The notes below the pieces were generated by a model. That model was not told the DNA's origin. It did not search any database and saw nothing but the letters and a program-made list of their open reading frames with translations. A program made the position numbers and the translations under genes. 64,000 nt of DNA from Octopus bimaculoides (Eukaryota). The DNA is taken from contig NC_068981.1 in NCBI RefSeq assembly GCF_001194135.2, forward strand, positions 163,349,073 through 163,413,072, given 5' to 3'. Every line of letters begins with the position of its first letter. Within the stretch, counting starts at the first letter, position 1. This document shows positions 1 through 12,259 of the stretch, one piece after another.

Positions 1-374
1 ATTTTAAACTGGCCACTATGTCTAAGAAATTTGTTTCAAAAGTGCTAAGTCTTTTCTACACTGGAGGGGTGAATGAATTTCCATGTCCTTAAGTCAATGC
101 CCCATGGCAGCAGATAGCAACTCAAGAAAGAAAAATACAGTCTTCGAGCAAATGCATTTCACCAGATTTCCTATGACTGGGTGTTCTGCCTGTAACCAAC
201 TCATACTTGTTTCTGAATAAAGTAACTGTTTCCCCTATTTCTTTAAACATGAACAGCCCAATAGTCAAACATGTTTTTGCAGAAGACAGCAAATGAGTAA
301 TAAAGCTTGTATGATGACGGTGCTGGATGTTAAGACAACAAGAAAAATACACACACACAATGAGGTATTTATGG

Positions 375-483
375 GCATTGGTGAGCTTGGGGCAACAGAA
401 GACACATGCTCAAGATGCTGTGCTGTGAGATTGAACTAAAAACTATGTCGTGGGTGAAGCAAATTCCATAACCCCACAGCCAT
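375..483 (-). mobile_element. SINE family A, 5' fragment (decayed)
   Basis: Degenerate match to the family A head seen intact at 9478-9860. Confidence 0.6.
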
Positions 484-624
484 ATTTATCTCCTCCTCTC
501 GATATATACTTAGATAAATAGGTAAACAATTAGGTAGATATACAGATAGATAAAGAGACAGGTAATACAAATATTAAACAAAATTACACGTTCAGTTACA
601 TAACACATGTAAGCATAAATATAA

Positions 625-890
625 TGATAATTAATTCTGTTTTATTGGTCACAAAGGCTAATATAAAGCAAAAACATGTAAGGACAAAGACAGGACGAAG
701 GTTACAAAAGGTTTTGTCCGAAAAGAAGAAAACGTTCGTGTAAACAGAGGAAAAACAGAGAAAGATATAACAAATAAAACTCCCAATAGGGGGAGGTGCT
801 TCGAAAGGTTACACGTGGAAAAACCCACAAAAGCTACGGGAGCCTGGTCAGAAAAAATAAGAAAGGGGTATAGTAATAATGTTGTCATTG
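625..890 (-). mobile_element. Tx1/L1-type LINE 3' UTR fragment
   Basis: The 3' end (minus: cctttgtgaccaataaaacagaattaattat) resembles the end of the Tx1 ORF2-bearing copy at 15268-15780. Confidence 0.5.
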
Positions 891-1531
891 TGTGTGTGTA
901 ATTTTAAACAGAATAAGTGGGAACTGACTTCTGGCTCAGTTTATGCAAAATGTAAAAAATGTAAGGTAAAAAAAAAAACTGGGTAACATATTTTGAATGT
1001 TTAAATATTTATTTGCCAAAAGATCCAATAGTTATAGTAAGGGTATTTAATGTATTTGAGATGATGGGGTGCGAAGGGTTTCTAAGCCGCTAGAAGAATA
1101 CTACACAAAACCTTGTGTACGGTATTTACCTTCTTTTAACCTCCTTTCCCCATGTTTTTTCTCTCATGGCTGTAGTGAAATTTGATTCTCAAAGTAGTTA
1201 ACATTACCTTCAATTTTTTCATTCAGCAGGGAACATAAAACAACCAAGAGCTGATAATAAATTAATTAATTTGATTTAATCCTTTCATAAAAAACAACAA
1301 CAATCTCTCTATACAAGGTCGATATGTATGTGACCCTCATTTGTGCACAGTACACCCCAGCCATAATGGAGTTTCCATAATATGAAACCTACTTACAAAT
1401 AAGTTCCACATTATAGCAAAATTTTCATCAACGTAATGCTTACACAATGCCCATTTTTTGCATGGCTGTGTAGGGAAGTAGTTAACTTCAAGTCTACAGT
1501 AAGACACTTACTTCTATCCCCCTATCATACT

Positions 1532-1685
1532 TTAACGTTCCCCAGACCACTTCTTGCTGTGTTACAAAGTGTTAATTTATGTTTAAAAAAAGAAAAAATT
1601 ATTTTACTAAATTCTCCCTTATTTACAGAATCAATTGAAGTAAAGACAGAGCATCTCAACAGAAATATGGTAACAGAAGGGTTAA
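1532..1685. mobile_element. piggyBac-like non-autonomous element (TTAA ends)
   Basis: Bounded by TTAA. The terminal caacagaaatatggtaacagaagggttaa recurs near 11502-11528. Confidence 0.5.
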
Positions 1686-1763
1686 CCTCTAACCTCTCAT
1701 CATCCGACATGAAACCACCTCCCTCAATACTACACTCTCAGTTGAAGGGTCTTGTCTTGAGAG

Positions 1764-1965
1764 TCACTGGGTGACCTCCCTTGTTCCTGTGCCATGTGAT
1801 ACGGTTGGTGCTATGAAGAGCATCAAGCTATGAAAAACATGCCAAAGCAGATATAGGTGCTTGGCAGAGTCCTCTGGTTTGTCAGCTCCTGACAGACTTT
1901 TCAACCCATGACAGCATGGAAAACAGAAGTTATATGATGACAATGATGATGATGATATCCTTATA
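1764..1965 (+). mobile_element. RTE-tailed SINE-like repeat (family C), decayed
   Basis: Ends in ccatgacagcatggaaaacagaagttatat-(gat)n, the tail also seen at 41838-42155. Confidence 0.7.
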
Positions 1966-2135
1966 ACAGACTCAGATAGATTGCGCAAAGGGAATCTGGC
2001 AGACTGAAAATGTTTTAAATCTATTATATACCCCCCCCCCCCCACTACCTACCTTGGACCCTCAACATCAGGACACACAGAGCATTATATGGACCTTAAA
2101 CCTGATAGAATCCATTCCTTCCTAGATTTTGATAA

Positions 2136-2176
<41 letters not shown>

Positions 2177-2197
2177 ATCAAATACAATATCTTTTAT

Positions 2198-2560
2198 CTT
2201 TTACTTGTTCCAGTCATTAGATACAGCCATACTAGGGCACCACTTTCAAGAAATTTTGTTGAACAAACTGATCCCAGTACTTATTTATTTGAAGTTTAGG
2301 TTTTATTCTATTGGTCTCTTTTGCTGAACCACTAAGTTACAGGATCATAAACACACCAACACAAGTTGTCAAGCAGTAGTGGGGGACAAACACAGACACA
2401 CATATGAAGAGCTTCTTTCAGTTTCCATCTACCAAATCCACTCACAAGGCTTTGGTTGGCCAGAGGCTAAAATGGAAGACACTGGCCCATGGTGCCAAGC
2501 AGTGGGACTGAACTTGGAACTGGTAAGAAACTTCTTACTGCAAAGCCACGTCTGTGCCTA
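2198..2560 (-). mobile_element. SINE family A, near full length, CpG-decayed
   Basis: Reverse complement of the 9478-9860 type (cttttacttg tail to gtgccta head). Confidence 0.85.
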
Positions 2561-2794
2561 TGGACTGGTAATCTATTTCTCTCTACAGAAAGAATGAGAC
2601 AACGTTGACCTCTGCATGATTCCAGCACAGGGAGTTGGAACAGACCACTTCAGAAAAACTCTACCAACTCCACATGTACGTGTACGTGTGTGTGTGTGTG
2701 TGTGTGTGTCTGTAAGCTGGTAAGAAATGTGTTGAAAATACCCTTTTGTTTTAATGTATACATGTAGCCCACTCCATAAGGTGGTGTTAACTGT

Positions 2795-3150
2795 AAAAAC
2801 CCTACCAAAACAGACAATGAAGTCTGGTGCAGTCTTCTGCCTAGCTAGCCTTTGTCAAACTGTCCAACACATGCCGGCATGGGGAATGGATGTTAAATGA
2901 TGATGATGACGATGATACATGTGTGCATGTTTGTGTTCCCTTGTTTAGATATCAAGAGATGGCAGTATATGGCCTCATGGTCATGTGCACAAGCATGTTC
3001 ATTTCTAGGACTTCTGTGAAAAACATGCCTAAGGTAAAAAATATTACCTTACTTAGTTAGAATAGGAGAGGGGATCTGGTTATAGGAAATCTGCCACAAC
3101 AAATTTCATATGACCTATAAAAGCATGGAAAAGGGGACGCTAAATGATAA
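2795..3150 (+). mobile_element. Two RTE-tailed SINE-like fragments (families C/D)
   Basis: Two (gat)n tails preceded by gcatggggaatggatgttaaat and gcatggaaaaggggacgctaaat. Confidence 0.65.
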
Positions 3151-4520
3151 TGCTAATATACATATATAGTCACAATGAGGATACTTAAACCTCTTATAGG
3201 GATATTTATCCAAGATATACTGGTTTAATATATTAAATCTTGAAGAGATAATTCTTCAATGAATATATTATATAGAACATCAAAATATCAAACATTTTAT
3301 TTTTATTGAGTTAGAAAACAGAGAGATCTAATGGATACAAATTAATCTGTTAATTAATCTACATATTCACCAACGATTGTTTCATTTCATAAATAAAATT
3401 AAAATTACAAAACGTATATAAATATGTAATTTTGCATTTTCAATACCTTGTATGGAAAATCACTAGGGTGTGCAGAGGACAATAAGGATTACATTAGGAT
3501 ACTTTTGGAATACACAGAATATAGACATGTTTACTATGTGTGTATGTATACGTGCGTGTGTGTACGCATGCGTTAAAATTATTCTACTTTCAATATTATT
3601 TTTGTGCATATATATATATATANNNNNNNNNNNNNNNNNNNNNNNNNNNNNNNNNNNNNNNNNNNNNNNNNNNNNNNNNNNNNNNNNNNNNNNNNNNNNN
3701 NNNNNNNNNNNNNNNNNNNNNNNNNNNNNNNNNNNNNNNNNNNNNNNNNNNNNNNNNNNNNNNNNNNNNNNNNNNNNNNNNNNNNNNNNNNNNNNNNNNN
3801 NNNNNNNNNNNNNNNNNNNNNNNNNNNNNNNNNNNNNNNNNNNNNNNNNNNNNNNNNNNNNNNNNNNNNNNNNNNNNNNNNNNNNNNNNNNNNNNNNNNN
3901 NNNNNNNNNNNNNNNNNNNNNNNNNNNNNNNNNNNNNNNNNNNNNNNNNNNNNNNNNNNNNNNNNNNTATATATACACACACACACACACACATATATCT
4001 TGCTCAGTGTCATTTGGACTAATGAGTAGAGAGTGCTCAATACATGTAGTGGATATAGATTTTTTTCCTTTCATTTAAAACTTAAACTCAGAATTTTCAG
4101 TTTTATGCCACTGGACACTCGAGCTTAAATGAAAGAAACAAAACTATATTCATACACACACAACAAAACACATGTGCTCGTCTCTTTATCCATACTCTAG
4201 CTTCCCAACACCTCTACTACACTCCGACTCATTTGAAAGGGACTTCTTTAGTCTTTGTCTTGCAAGTTAATTGGCAACTATTGCTAGTGTCACGAAAAAA
4301 AAAAAAAAAAAAAGCACCCCGTACACTCGGCAAAATAGTTGGCATTAGAAAAGCCATCAATCAGTAAGACCATCCCAAAGCAGATTTTGGACCACCGACA
4401 CTAGCCTGTGAAACTTAAACCTATACCAGCGTGATAGTAATGTGTGCGTGTGCGTGTGGATATAATGGAATGAGGAAGTTAAACGATGATGATTATATAT
4501 TACATGATGATTATATATTA

Positions 4521-4645
4521 CAGGGTGTCTACAAATTCTGGGTACATGTGGATTAACACATACTTTAAGAAATTATTATTTCTTATATTTAATTGTTTGT
4601 TATGATTTTATTTACTCCATGTACTCAGACTTTGCGGACACCCTG
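4521..4645. mobile_element. Tc1/mariner-type MITE
   Basis: About 28-bp TIRs (cagggtgtctacaaattctgggtacatg / catgtactcagactttgcggacaccctg) with TA on both sides. Confidence 0.85.
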
Positions 4646-4705
4646 TATTATACACATACATAACGTGTGGGTGTGTGTATAATGGAAAGAGGACGTTGAA
4701 CGATG

Positions 4706-4739
<34 letters not shown>

Positions 4740-4811
4740 ATAAGTATATTATACACACGTATATGATATATGTGTATGCATGCATGTACATTTACACCAA
4801 TGATTGTGTGC

Positions 4812-4910
<99 letters not shown>

Positions 4911-5137
4911 TACACACACACGTATGCATACATACTCGGACACAAATACGTATATCAAATTCATTTTACTCGAGAATGCACCGTTTCCAAGCCCTTTGAA
5001 TGTCTGCTTGTATGTACATGTACGTTCTCACGTATGTACCTATTTGGGGGTTGTTTTTTTTTCATAACCTATAAAAATATAGGCTATTCTTTATTAATGT
5101 TAGTGTTTGCGCACGGGTTTATTTCTCTCTCTCTCTC

Positions 5138-5185
<48 letters not shown>

Positions 5186-6189
5186 TATACACACAAAAAA
5201 AAAGAGAGAGAATGAAATATAATAAACATACAACACGCGCGCAAGGATTACCACAAAAGACAGACAAAATAATGCCAATATGCCAGAATATGAATTCGGG
5301 TGGAAGACAAAAAAAGAAAACGGAGTTATCTCCACTTTGACTGGACAATTAGAAAAAGACAGAGCGAGCGAGCGAGCGAGCGAACGAGAGAGAGAGAGAG
5401 AGAGAGTATTAGTCTGTGTCATAGCTGAAATAACGATTTCTGTTAACAAGACAAGGCGACAACTTTGTAGAGTTGTACAGATAGTTCGCTAGGTAGCTGG
5501 CTGGTTGGCTGAATCGACAACTTGTATTTCGTTGCATTAGACGCTACCTAGATGACCAGAATTGCTAAAGGGACTCGTTAGCAAATTCCCACAATGAATT
5601 TTCAAACAAACCTCTCTACAAACAATAGAAGGATGGGGGGAAAATGATTTAAATAAAATATGAACTGCTACTTTCTATCCGTCTCTTATGCTTCCACAAG
5701 GCTACGCACTCCCACATACGATACCAGGGCTTGTCAAACACTTAAAAAATACATTTAATACACACGTATGTATACTGACACATGCTATATATTTATTCAT
5801 ACACACACTTCGCGTCACGAGTTAAACCCTAAATGTGTACATTACATCTCTCCCTCGTGTGTATGTGTGTGTGTGTGTGCATGTATAATATTACGTAAAT
5901 ATTTATACAAATACACAAATTTATATGTACTTAGTTTATTTACAGATTTTATATGTATAGACACACACACACACATATATATATTATATATATACCCCAC
6001 ACACTCAAAACTATATAAAATTATATACACATATACGCACGCATATGTATGTGTGTATTCACACAATAATATAAGCACACAATACATATACACAAAGATA
6101 TTTAACAAAATTGCACACAAACACAATACACATATATAGGGTATCTATGTTATAAGTGCGACTATATAGCACCTAAAACAAATTGCGAA

Positions 6190-6385
6190 AGTATAGCAGA
6201 GGACTGGTGCGGATCTAAACACATATATGTACAGAATTTACTTGTGAATAAGTGTCATTATTTTATATGGATTTTAACAGAAAAAACTAGGGTCCGACTT
6301 AGACATACATGGTGGGTCAAAGTTAAAATTATGACATGAAAAATTTTATACTAGGGGTGCGACGGATCCACGAGTAAATACGTTG
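6190..6385. mobile_element. pogo/Tigger-like terminal fragment
   Basis: Repeated tagggtccgacttagac / taggggtgcgacggatccacgagtaaatacg motifs resemble pogo-type subterminal repeats. Only one end seen. Confidence 0.35.
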
Positions 6386-6399
6386 GAATATACATGTAT

Positions 6400-6550
6400 T
6401 TATACACCGTATATGCGTCTCCTTGTTTCTTTCTGTGGAAGAGCGTAGGCTCGAAACGTTAAAGACTTTTTCACTTCCCGAGCGTTAAACTAATACATCT
6501 GTTTGTTGTCTACACCACCTGCCTTCGTCTTTTTTGTGAATTCTCCCTAT
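6400..6550 (+). mobile_element. Penelope-like element terminus (short remnant)
   Basis: Shares about 120 bp with 53300-53460, including the hammerhead-like core. Confidence 0.6.
6428..6465 (+). ncRNA. Minimal type-I hammerhead-ribozyme-like motif (variant core)
   Basis: TCTTT-CTGTGGA-A-GAGC(GTAG)GCTC-GAAA-CGTT-AAAGA: 5-bp stem I, 4-bp stem II, loopless palindromic stem III. A6 is replaced by U. Confidence 0.45.
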
Positions 6551-6578
6551 ATATAAATATATATACATACACACACCT

Positions 6579-6626
6579 TAAGGCGGTGCTCCAGCATTGC
6601 TGCAGTCAAATGACAAGCAAAAGAAT
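6579..6626 (+). mobile_element. SINE family A 3' tail fragment
   Basis: aaggcggtgctccagcattgctgcagtcaaatgac. Confidence 0.75.
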
Positions 6627-6638
6627 GGAATGTGCACA

Positions 6639-6690
<52 letters not shown>

Positions 6691-7149
6691 ATATATATAT
6701 ATATATAAGCATATGTATGTAACTAATTTGGCATGTATATTAAATATGCATGTTGGACTACGCCTTGAAGCTTCTTGTGAAACAAATCATCTCCAATACT
6801 TTCTATCGGTTTGTTTTGCCGAACAGCTAAGTTATAGGGTCCTAAGCGCACCAACGCTGATTGATTGTGAAAGGGTGCGAGAACAAACACACTATATATA
6901 TATATATATATATATAAAATAAACACACGCACTCATACGACGGTCTTCCAGGATTTCCATGCACCGTAATACTCATGCGTGCCCAACGTGCAGCGAAGCG
7001 AGGTGCTTAACAGCAACACCTTCGTGCTGGTTAACATTTCGCGTACCTCATTTAATATACACAGGAGTTATATTATAAATTTCATGCTCAAGTAATACAG
7101 TAATTGGACGGGCTTGTACATACAGCGTGCCGTCCGGGGAATCCTATCT

Positions 7150-7442
7150 GACCCACGCAGGCAGGGTTGGGTCAGACATAGGAATACTTTGAAGACGATT
7201 TTCTACGGCCGAAAGCTCTTCCTGTTGTCAACCTTAACCGGTTTCCGAGCGAGGTAATACTTGGTCATGGCCAGACGTTTTTATTTTTATTTTTATGGAA
7301 GACTGAAAGCGAGCGCACACAACGGGCTTCCTTCAGAAGTTTCCGCCTATCAAATCCACTCACTAAGCTTTTGATCGACTCGTGGGGTACCGTTGAAGAC
7401 ACTTGCCCAAGGTGTCACACAGTGGGACTGAACACGAAACGT
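7150..7442 (-). mobile_element. SINE family D fragment fused to SINE family A 5' half
   Basis: ttttctacggccgaaagctcttcctgttgtcaacc...gaggtaatac (D) followed by gaagacacttgcccaaggtgtcacacagtgggactgaac (A). Confidence 0.7.
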
Positions 7443-7574
7443 CTGTTTGTATATATGAACCTAATATATATCTTAAAGTGTCCTACTTAATTCGTTTATG
7501 ATATTAGGACTGCAGGATTTCTTGAAGGGTTTCCACATTGAGCGGCAAAAGGTTTAGACGGTACAATTTACCGC

Positions 7575-7950
7575 GAATGTTGGCACTCCGTCGGTTACGA
7601 CGCCGAGGGTTCCAGTTAATCCGATCAACGGAACAGCCTGCTCGTGAAATTAACGTGCAAGTGGCTGAGCACTCCACGGACACGTGTACCCTTAACGTAG
7701 TTCTCGGGGGAGATTCAGCGTGACAAGGCTGGCCCTTTGAAATACAGGTACAACAGAAACAGGAAGTAAGAGTGAGAGAAAGTTGTGGTGAGAGAGTACA
7801 GCAGGGTTCGCCACCATCCCCTGCCGGAGCCTTGTGGAGCTTTAGGTGTTTCCGCTCAACAGACACTCACAACGCCCGGTCTGGGAATCGAAACCGCGAA
7901 CCTACGACCGCGATTCCGCTGCCCTAATCACTGGGCCATTGCGCCTCCAC
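7575..7950 (-). mobile_element. Full-length tRNA-derived SINE (only clear copy of this family in the window)
   Basis: Minus-strand head gtggaggcgcaa-TGGCCCAGTGATTAGG (A box, 7923-7938) ... GGTTTCGATTCC (B box, 7884-7895), CpG-rich body. Which described octopus family (OK/OR1/OR2) it is cannot be decided without alignment. Confidence 0.85.
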
Positions 7951-8177
7951 ACTTTATCACGCAGACACTGACATTATGCATAAACAATGCCTTCTTTTAC
8001 ACACAATGCATGAAAGCAGATCGACACATGAAACTGGCATTAAGAAATGAGAGATTAAACAACGTAGAAAATATCCAAAATGCGGTATTATTTATTAACT
8101 CAAACTACACAGGGAAATCACGTTCAGGAAAAATGGGCGACCACTTATAAAATACACAGAGACATTTACTCCTTCAA

Positions 8178-8340
8178 CTTCTGTTTATACGTCCCCGTTT
8201 CTAGCGGTTCGGCAAAAGAGACCGATAGAATAAGTACTAGGCTCACAAAGAATAAGTCCTGGGGTCGATTTGCTCGACTAAAGGCGGTGCTCCAGCATGG
8301 CCACAGTCTGAAACAGACTGAAACAAGGAAAAAAAAAATA
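8178..8340 (+). mobile_element. SINE family A 3' half
   Basis: gcggttcggcaaaagagaccgatagaataagtactaggc...aaggcggtgctccagcatggcc. Confidence 0.9.
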
Positions 8341-8639
8341 TGTGTGTAAATACATGAAGTACAACACCGATATTCCAGAAACTTTGGTTCCTAAGCGTTT
8401 CCGAATTAATAATTTTTTCCAAACACAATCTGAATTATACAAATATTAAATCTACTTATATAATTTTTTTTTTAAATTTAAAAAACCCAGCTACCTCTAC
8501 AATAAGGTTAAATTAGCGGGGATTATAAAGAGGTTCCGGACCTTTCAGTATCCGGAAACTCGGTGCTGTACCTGCATTGCGTGTTTATGTGTGTGTATAC
8601 ACACACATACCTAAACAAGTGTGTCCCCGACTTAATTTC

Positions 8640-8845
8640 TTTGTAATTTTCAGGAAAATACTAATATATCTTGATGAAATTTTATACAAATACTTTTCAG
8701 AATCTAGGGTGTAAAAAACTAAAAATGTTGGGCACTGTACGTGTGCATGTGTGCGCGAAACACTAATATTTTTTCCGCATTAGATTCCGGATATAACCCT
8801 AATATACACACCATTTGAAAAATATTTGTATGAAATTTCATTTAA
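8640..8845. repeat. Decayed palindromic (MITE-like) element
   Basis: atgaaattttatacaaatacttttca (about 8674-8699) is inverted against tgaaaaatatttgtatgaaatttcat (about 8815-8841). Confidence 0.5.
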
Positions 8846-9267
8846 AAAAAAAAAAAATCTGTTTTACGGAGAGTTTATGAGTAAATAAAATCGGGGTGTG
8901 GTGGGGAGCAAACTTGTAGCAGTTGCATAGTTTCATGGTTTTTTTTTGTCTTTTTTTTTTTTTTTTTCCTTACTGGATGCGGTATCTCTTCGGATAGCTT
9001 AAATTTAAAAACAGAAAAGAAAGTGAATAAATATACAGCATTTTGGGCGTTCTCTGTACCCTTAAAATTTATCGTCTCCGGGCAAATTTAAGTATATGCC
9101 TTTTTATGCATGTGCATATATATATATCACAAAAATCCTCGCATTTGAGAGGCGGAAGCGGCAGATGCAGTATTATTAATGCCAAAAGGTAATATTTATC
9201 CCCACTTCAAAGTGGAGTTTAAGTGGGGATAAATACACATTTATACACGCACACAAGTATATGCTTG

Positions 9268-9860
9268 TGTTTGTTACCCACCCACAAGCTCTTGACAACC
9301 GGTGCTGGTTTGTTTACCTCACTAGAAACTTAGCGGTTCAGCATGGGACCGATTGAATAAGCACCAGACAAAATAATAATAATAAAAGCTAAGTACAGTT
9401 CGACTAAATCCATTTAAGTGATGCCCCAGCGTGGCCGTAGTCCAATGACTGAAACAAAGATAAAAATAAATTCACAACGTAAGAGTGGCTACGTGGTAAG
9501 TAGCTTGCTTACCAACCACATGGTTCCGGGTTCAGTCCCACTGCGTGGCACCTTGGGCAAGTATAGCCTCGGGTCGACCAAAGCCTTGTGAGTGGATTTG
9601 GTAGACGGAAACTGAAAAGAAGCCCGTCGTATATATACATATGTGTGTGTGTGTTTGTCCCCCCCCCCCACCAACATCGCTTGACAACCGATACTGGTAT
9701 GTTTAGGTCCCCGTAACTTAGCGGTTCGGCAAAAGAGAGACCGATCGAATAAGTACTAGGCTTTCAAAGAATAAGTCCTGGGGTCGATTTTCTCGACTAA
9801 AGGCGGTGCTCCGGCATGGCCGCAGTCAAAAGACTGAAAACAAGTAAAAGAGTAAAGAGT
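9268..9860 (+). mobile_element. SINE family A: decayed 3' half (9268-9470) plus near full-length young copy (9478-9860)
   Basis: tRNA-like head (tggctacgtggtaag A box, gggttcagtccc B box), CORE-like ggcaccttgggcaagt, internal (AT)/(GT) tract, tail ccggcatggccgcagtcaaaagactgaaaacaagtaaaag. Confidence 0.92.
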
Positions 9861-10292
9861 ATAACATTATGGAAGGTCCAACTATTGACTTAAAATCTAT
9901 TGGATCGACGCGAATTTATGTATCTGCTTTTAATTCATAAATATATTTACAGAAAATAAAACATCTATATATTATGTGGACGCATGTATACACATTACGT
10001 GCATACATATTGCATGTATGCACACAAATACATCTCGTAGTTGTCAGGCATGTATATTTCTATTATAGTCTCCTGACTTACAAAAAGACGGAACAGGAAG
10101 TAGATATGGGACACGTGACAAAAACATCCTGTTCAAGGAACTGACTTTTCTTTCATGCTCTCTCGCTGACAGAACAAAACTAGGTTAATTGTATCTATGT
10201 GTATATAGATAAGTACATACACATACATTTATACGTCTACGTATATACACATATGTATATCGATGTATGCGCACACAATTATACGTCTTAAG

Positions 10293-10872
10293 CTTTTACT
10301 TGTTTTAGTCGTTGGGCTGCGGTCATGCTAGGGCACAACCTTGAAGGGTTTAGTCAAACAAATCGACCCCCATCAATTTTTCCACCCCCTCAAAACTTCG
10401 CACTTGCTCCATCTGTTTTTGTTGCTGAACAGCAAAGTTACGGGGACGTAAACAAACCCGCCTTGGTTGTCGTCGTATTCTATATGCGTGTGTGTTTCCG
10501 TCAACATTATCCACACGCAAAATTTTTGATGGCTCAAGGTGTTGCGTAGCGAAACTGCACCCAAGACCACAAGGTGGGAAAGCACGAAGCAGAGTACTTA
10601 TTCTATCGGTTTCTTTTGCCGAACCACTAGGTTACGGGGACGTAAACACACCAGCATCGGTTGTCAAGCAATGTTAGCGGGGGGTGGGGTGACAAACATA
10701 CACACACAAATATATACGACGGGCTTCTTTCAATTTCCATCTACCAAATCCACTCACAAGGTTTTAGCCGGCCCGAGGCTATAGTAGAAGACACTTCACC
10801 CAAGGTGCCACGCAGTGGACTGAACCCAGAACCATGTCGTTGGTAAGCAAGCTACTTAGCACACAGACACTC

Positions 10873-10877
<5 letters not shown>
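10293..10877 (-). mobile_element. Two tandem SINE family A copies
   Basis: Reverse complements of 9478-9860; 10588-10877 retains most CpGs. Confidence 0.9.
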
Positions 10878-10927
<50 letters not shown>

Positions 10928-11280
10928 AGGATTTCATATATATGTATATATATATAGTATTAAAACTTCAGATGTATGTTAAATTCTGAATTAAAAATAA
11001 ATCAATGAAGTAATTTAGTATGGACGGGTGACGGAAAGACAGATATGCGTGTACATGTGTGTGTGTGTGAATATTCTATACGTAAACTAATTTTCTCAGC
11101 TACCATATATATAACTTCATTGCCACTGCCAGTCACACAAAGGAACTCATCCACAAATGTTACGATATTTGTAGCGAAATGTACTGTTATATTATTGCGT
11201 TTTTGTTATCCGAACTGCGATTGTCATCCTCCTATACTCATATCCATACATCACACCTTATGCAGATATTGTAACAGTTT

Positions 11281-11528
11281 TTAACTGTTTTGTTCCTAAC
11301 CACCTCAGACCGTCCTTGGTCTTTTGATACAAACCCCATTGTTTAAAATGATATAAATTGTAATCTTTCATCAAAATTCTATACTAATATAGACATCTGC
11401 TTAATAATAAGAAATTTAATCTTTAATAATTAGGTAGTTATCTTTTTTTACTAAATTCTTCATGGTTTTTTAAAAATTGAATGAACAAACGCAGTATGTG
11501 TCAACAGAAATATGGTAAAGGGGTATAA
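11281..11528. mobile_element. piggyBac-like non-autonomous element
   Basis: Starts TTAA and ends with the same terminal motif as 1532-1685. Confidence 0.5.
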
Positions 11529-11744
11529 ACAAGTCCGGTCGCATAACCTCTGGGTAACACGAAGCTTCGAGAGAAAACTGATGAAAACGTAAATATAAAT
11601 AAATCTGTGTTGTTTATTTAAAAGCATTTGCTGACGGTGTGAGACCAAACTAACAGAGAATCAAACCAAAAGACAAGAAAATAGGCGAAACTTAAAAAGC
11701 CCAGCCACTTTATCGTTACTATATATGTGTGTGGTGTGTGTGTG

Positions 11745-11960
11745 TGTCCTACTTGTTTCAGTCAATGGATTGCGGCCTTGCTGGGGCACCGCCTTGAAGG
11801 GTTTAAGTCGAACAAATCAATCCCGATAGTTTTTTCTTCAAAGTCTGGTACTTATTCTGTTGGTCTCCTTTACCGAGCCAACACTGGTTTGTCAAGCTTA
11901 TGTGTGATGTGTGTGCGTGGGGGGGGGGATATTAAACCGGTCTGCACACAAACACACACA
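11745..11960 (-). mobile_element. SINE family A 3' half
   Basis: tacttgtttcagtcaatggattgcggccttgctggggcaccgcc. Confidence 0.85.
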
Positions 11961-12129
11961 CACATATATATATATACATGTAACCATGCACAGACATTAT
12001 ACACATACATGTAATCGTTGAATCACCGTGTATAAATATTCATATATCTAGATGAATAAATTTTATACACGTTCGTGTATCTGTGTAAATATACACACAC
12101 GTGTATGAATATAAATGTGCAAACATACA

Positions 12130-12208
12130 TTACGATAGATAGCTAGATAGATCGACAAACAGACATATAGACAGACAGACAGACAGACAGACAGATAGAT
12201 GATTGACT

Positions 12209-12259
<51 letters not shown>

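Noticed and set aside
122-358. Minus-strand 78-aa ORF with an acceptor-like site, tested as Pbx exon 3
   Set aside because: No frame resembles VLSIR...MRLDNML or any family I recognise.
1130-1169. 40-nt minus-strand cassette (ctacAG|ccatgagag...agaag|GTaaat), open in frame with Pbx exon 2 as AMREKTWGKEVKR
   Set aside because: Weak pyrimidine tract, no similarity to Pbx, and frameshifting length. Such pseudo-exons are expected by chance in 18 kb; it would need RNA evidence as a poison exon.
3463-4078. Long ORFs in the track rich in YI/CV/HT or X (also near 18.3, 20.0, 39.5, 41.5, 42.1, 46.6, 48.4 and 56.8-58.9 kb)
   Set aside because: Translation artefacts of (AT)n/(AC)n/(GT)n microsatellites and N gaps.
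7880-7950. Functional tRNA genes in SINE heads (also 9478, 15220, 40800)
   Set aside because: A and B boxes are present, but no cloverleaf with an intact acceptor stem; they continue into SINE bodies.
7504-8150. Overlapping 60-121-aa ORFs with moderate GC
   Set aside because: They lie within a tRNA-derived SINE.
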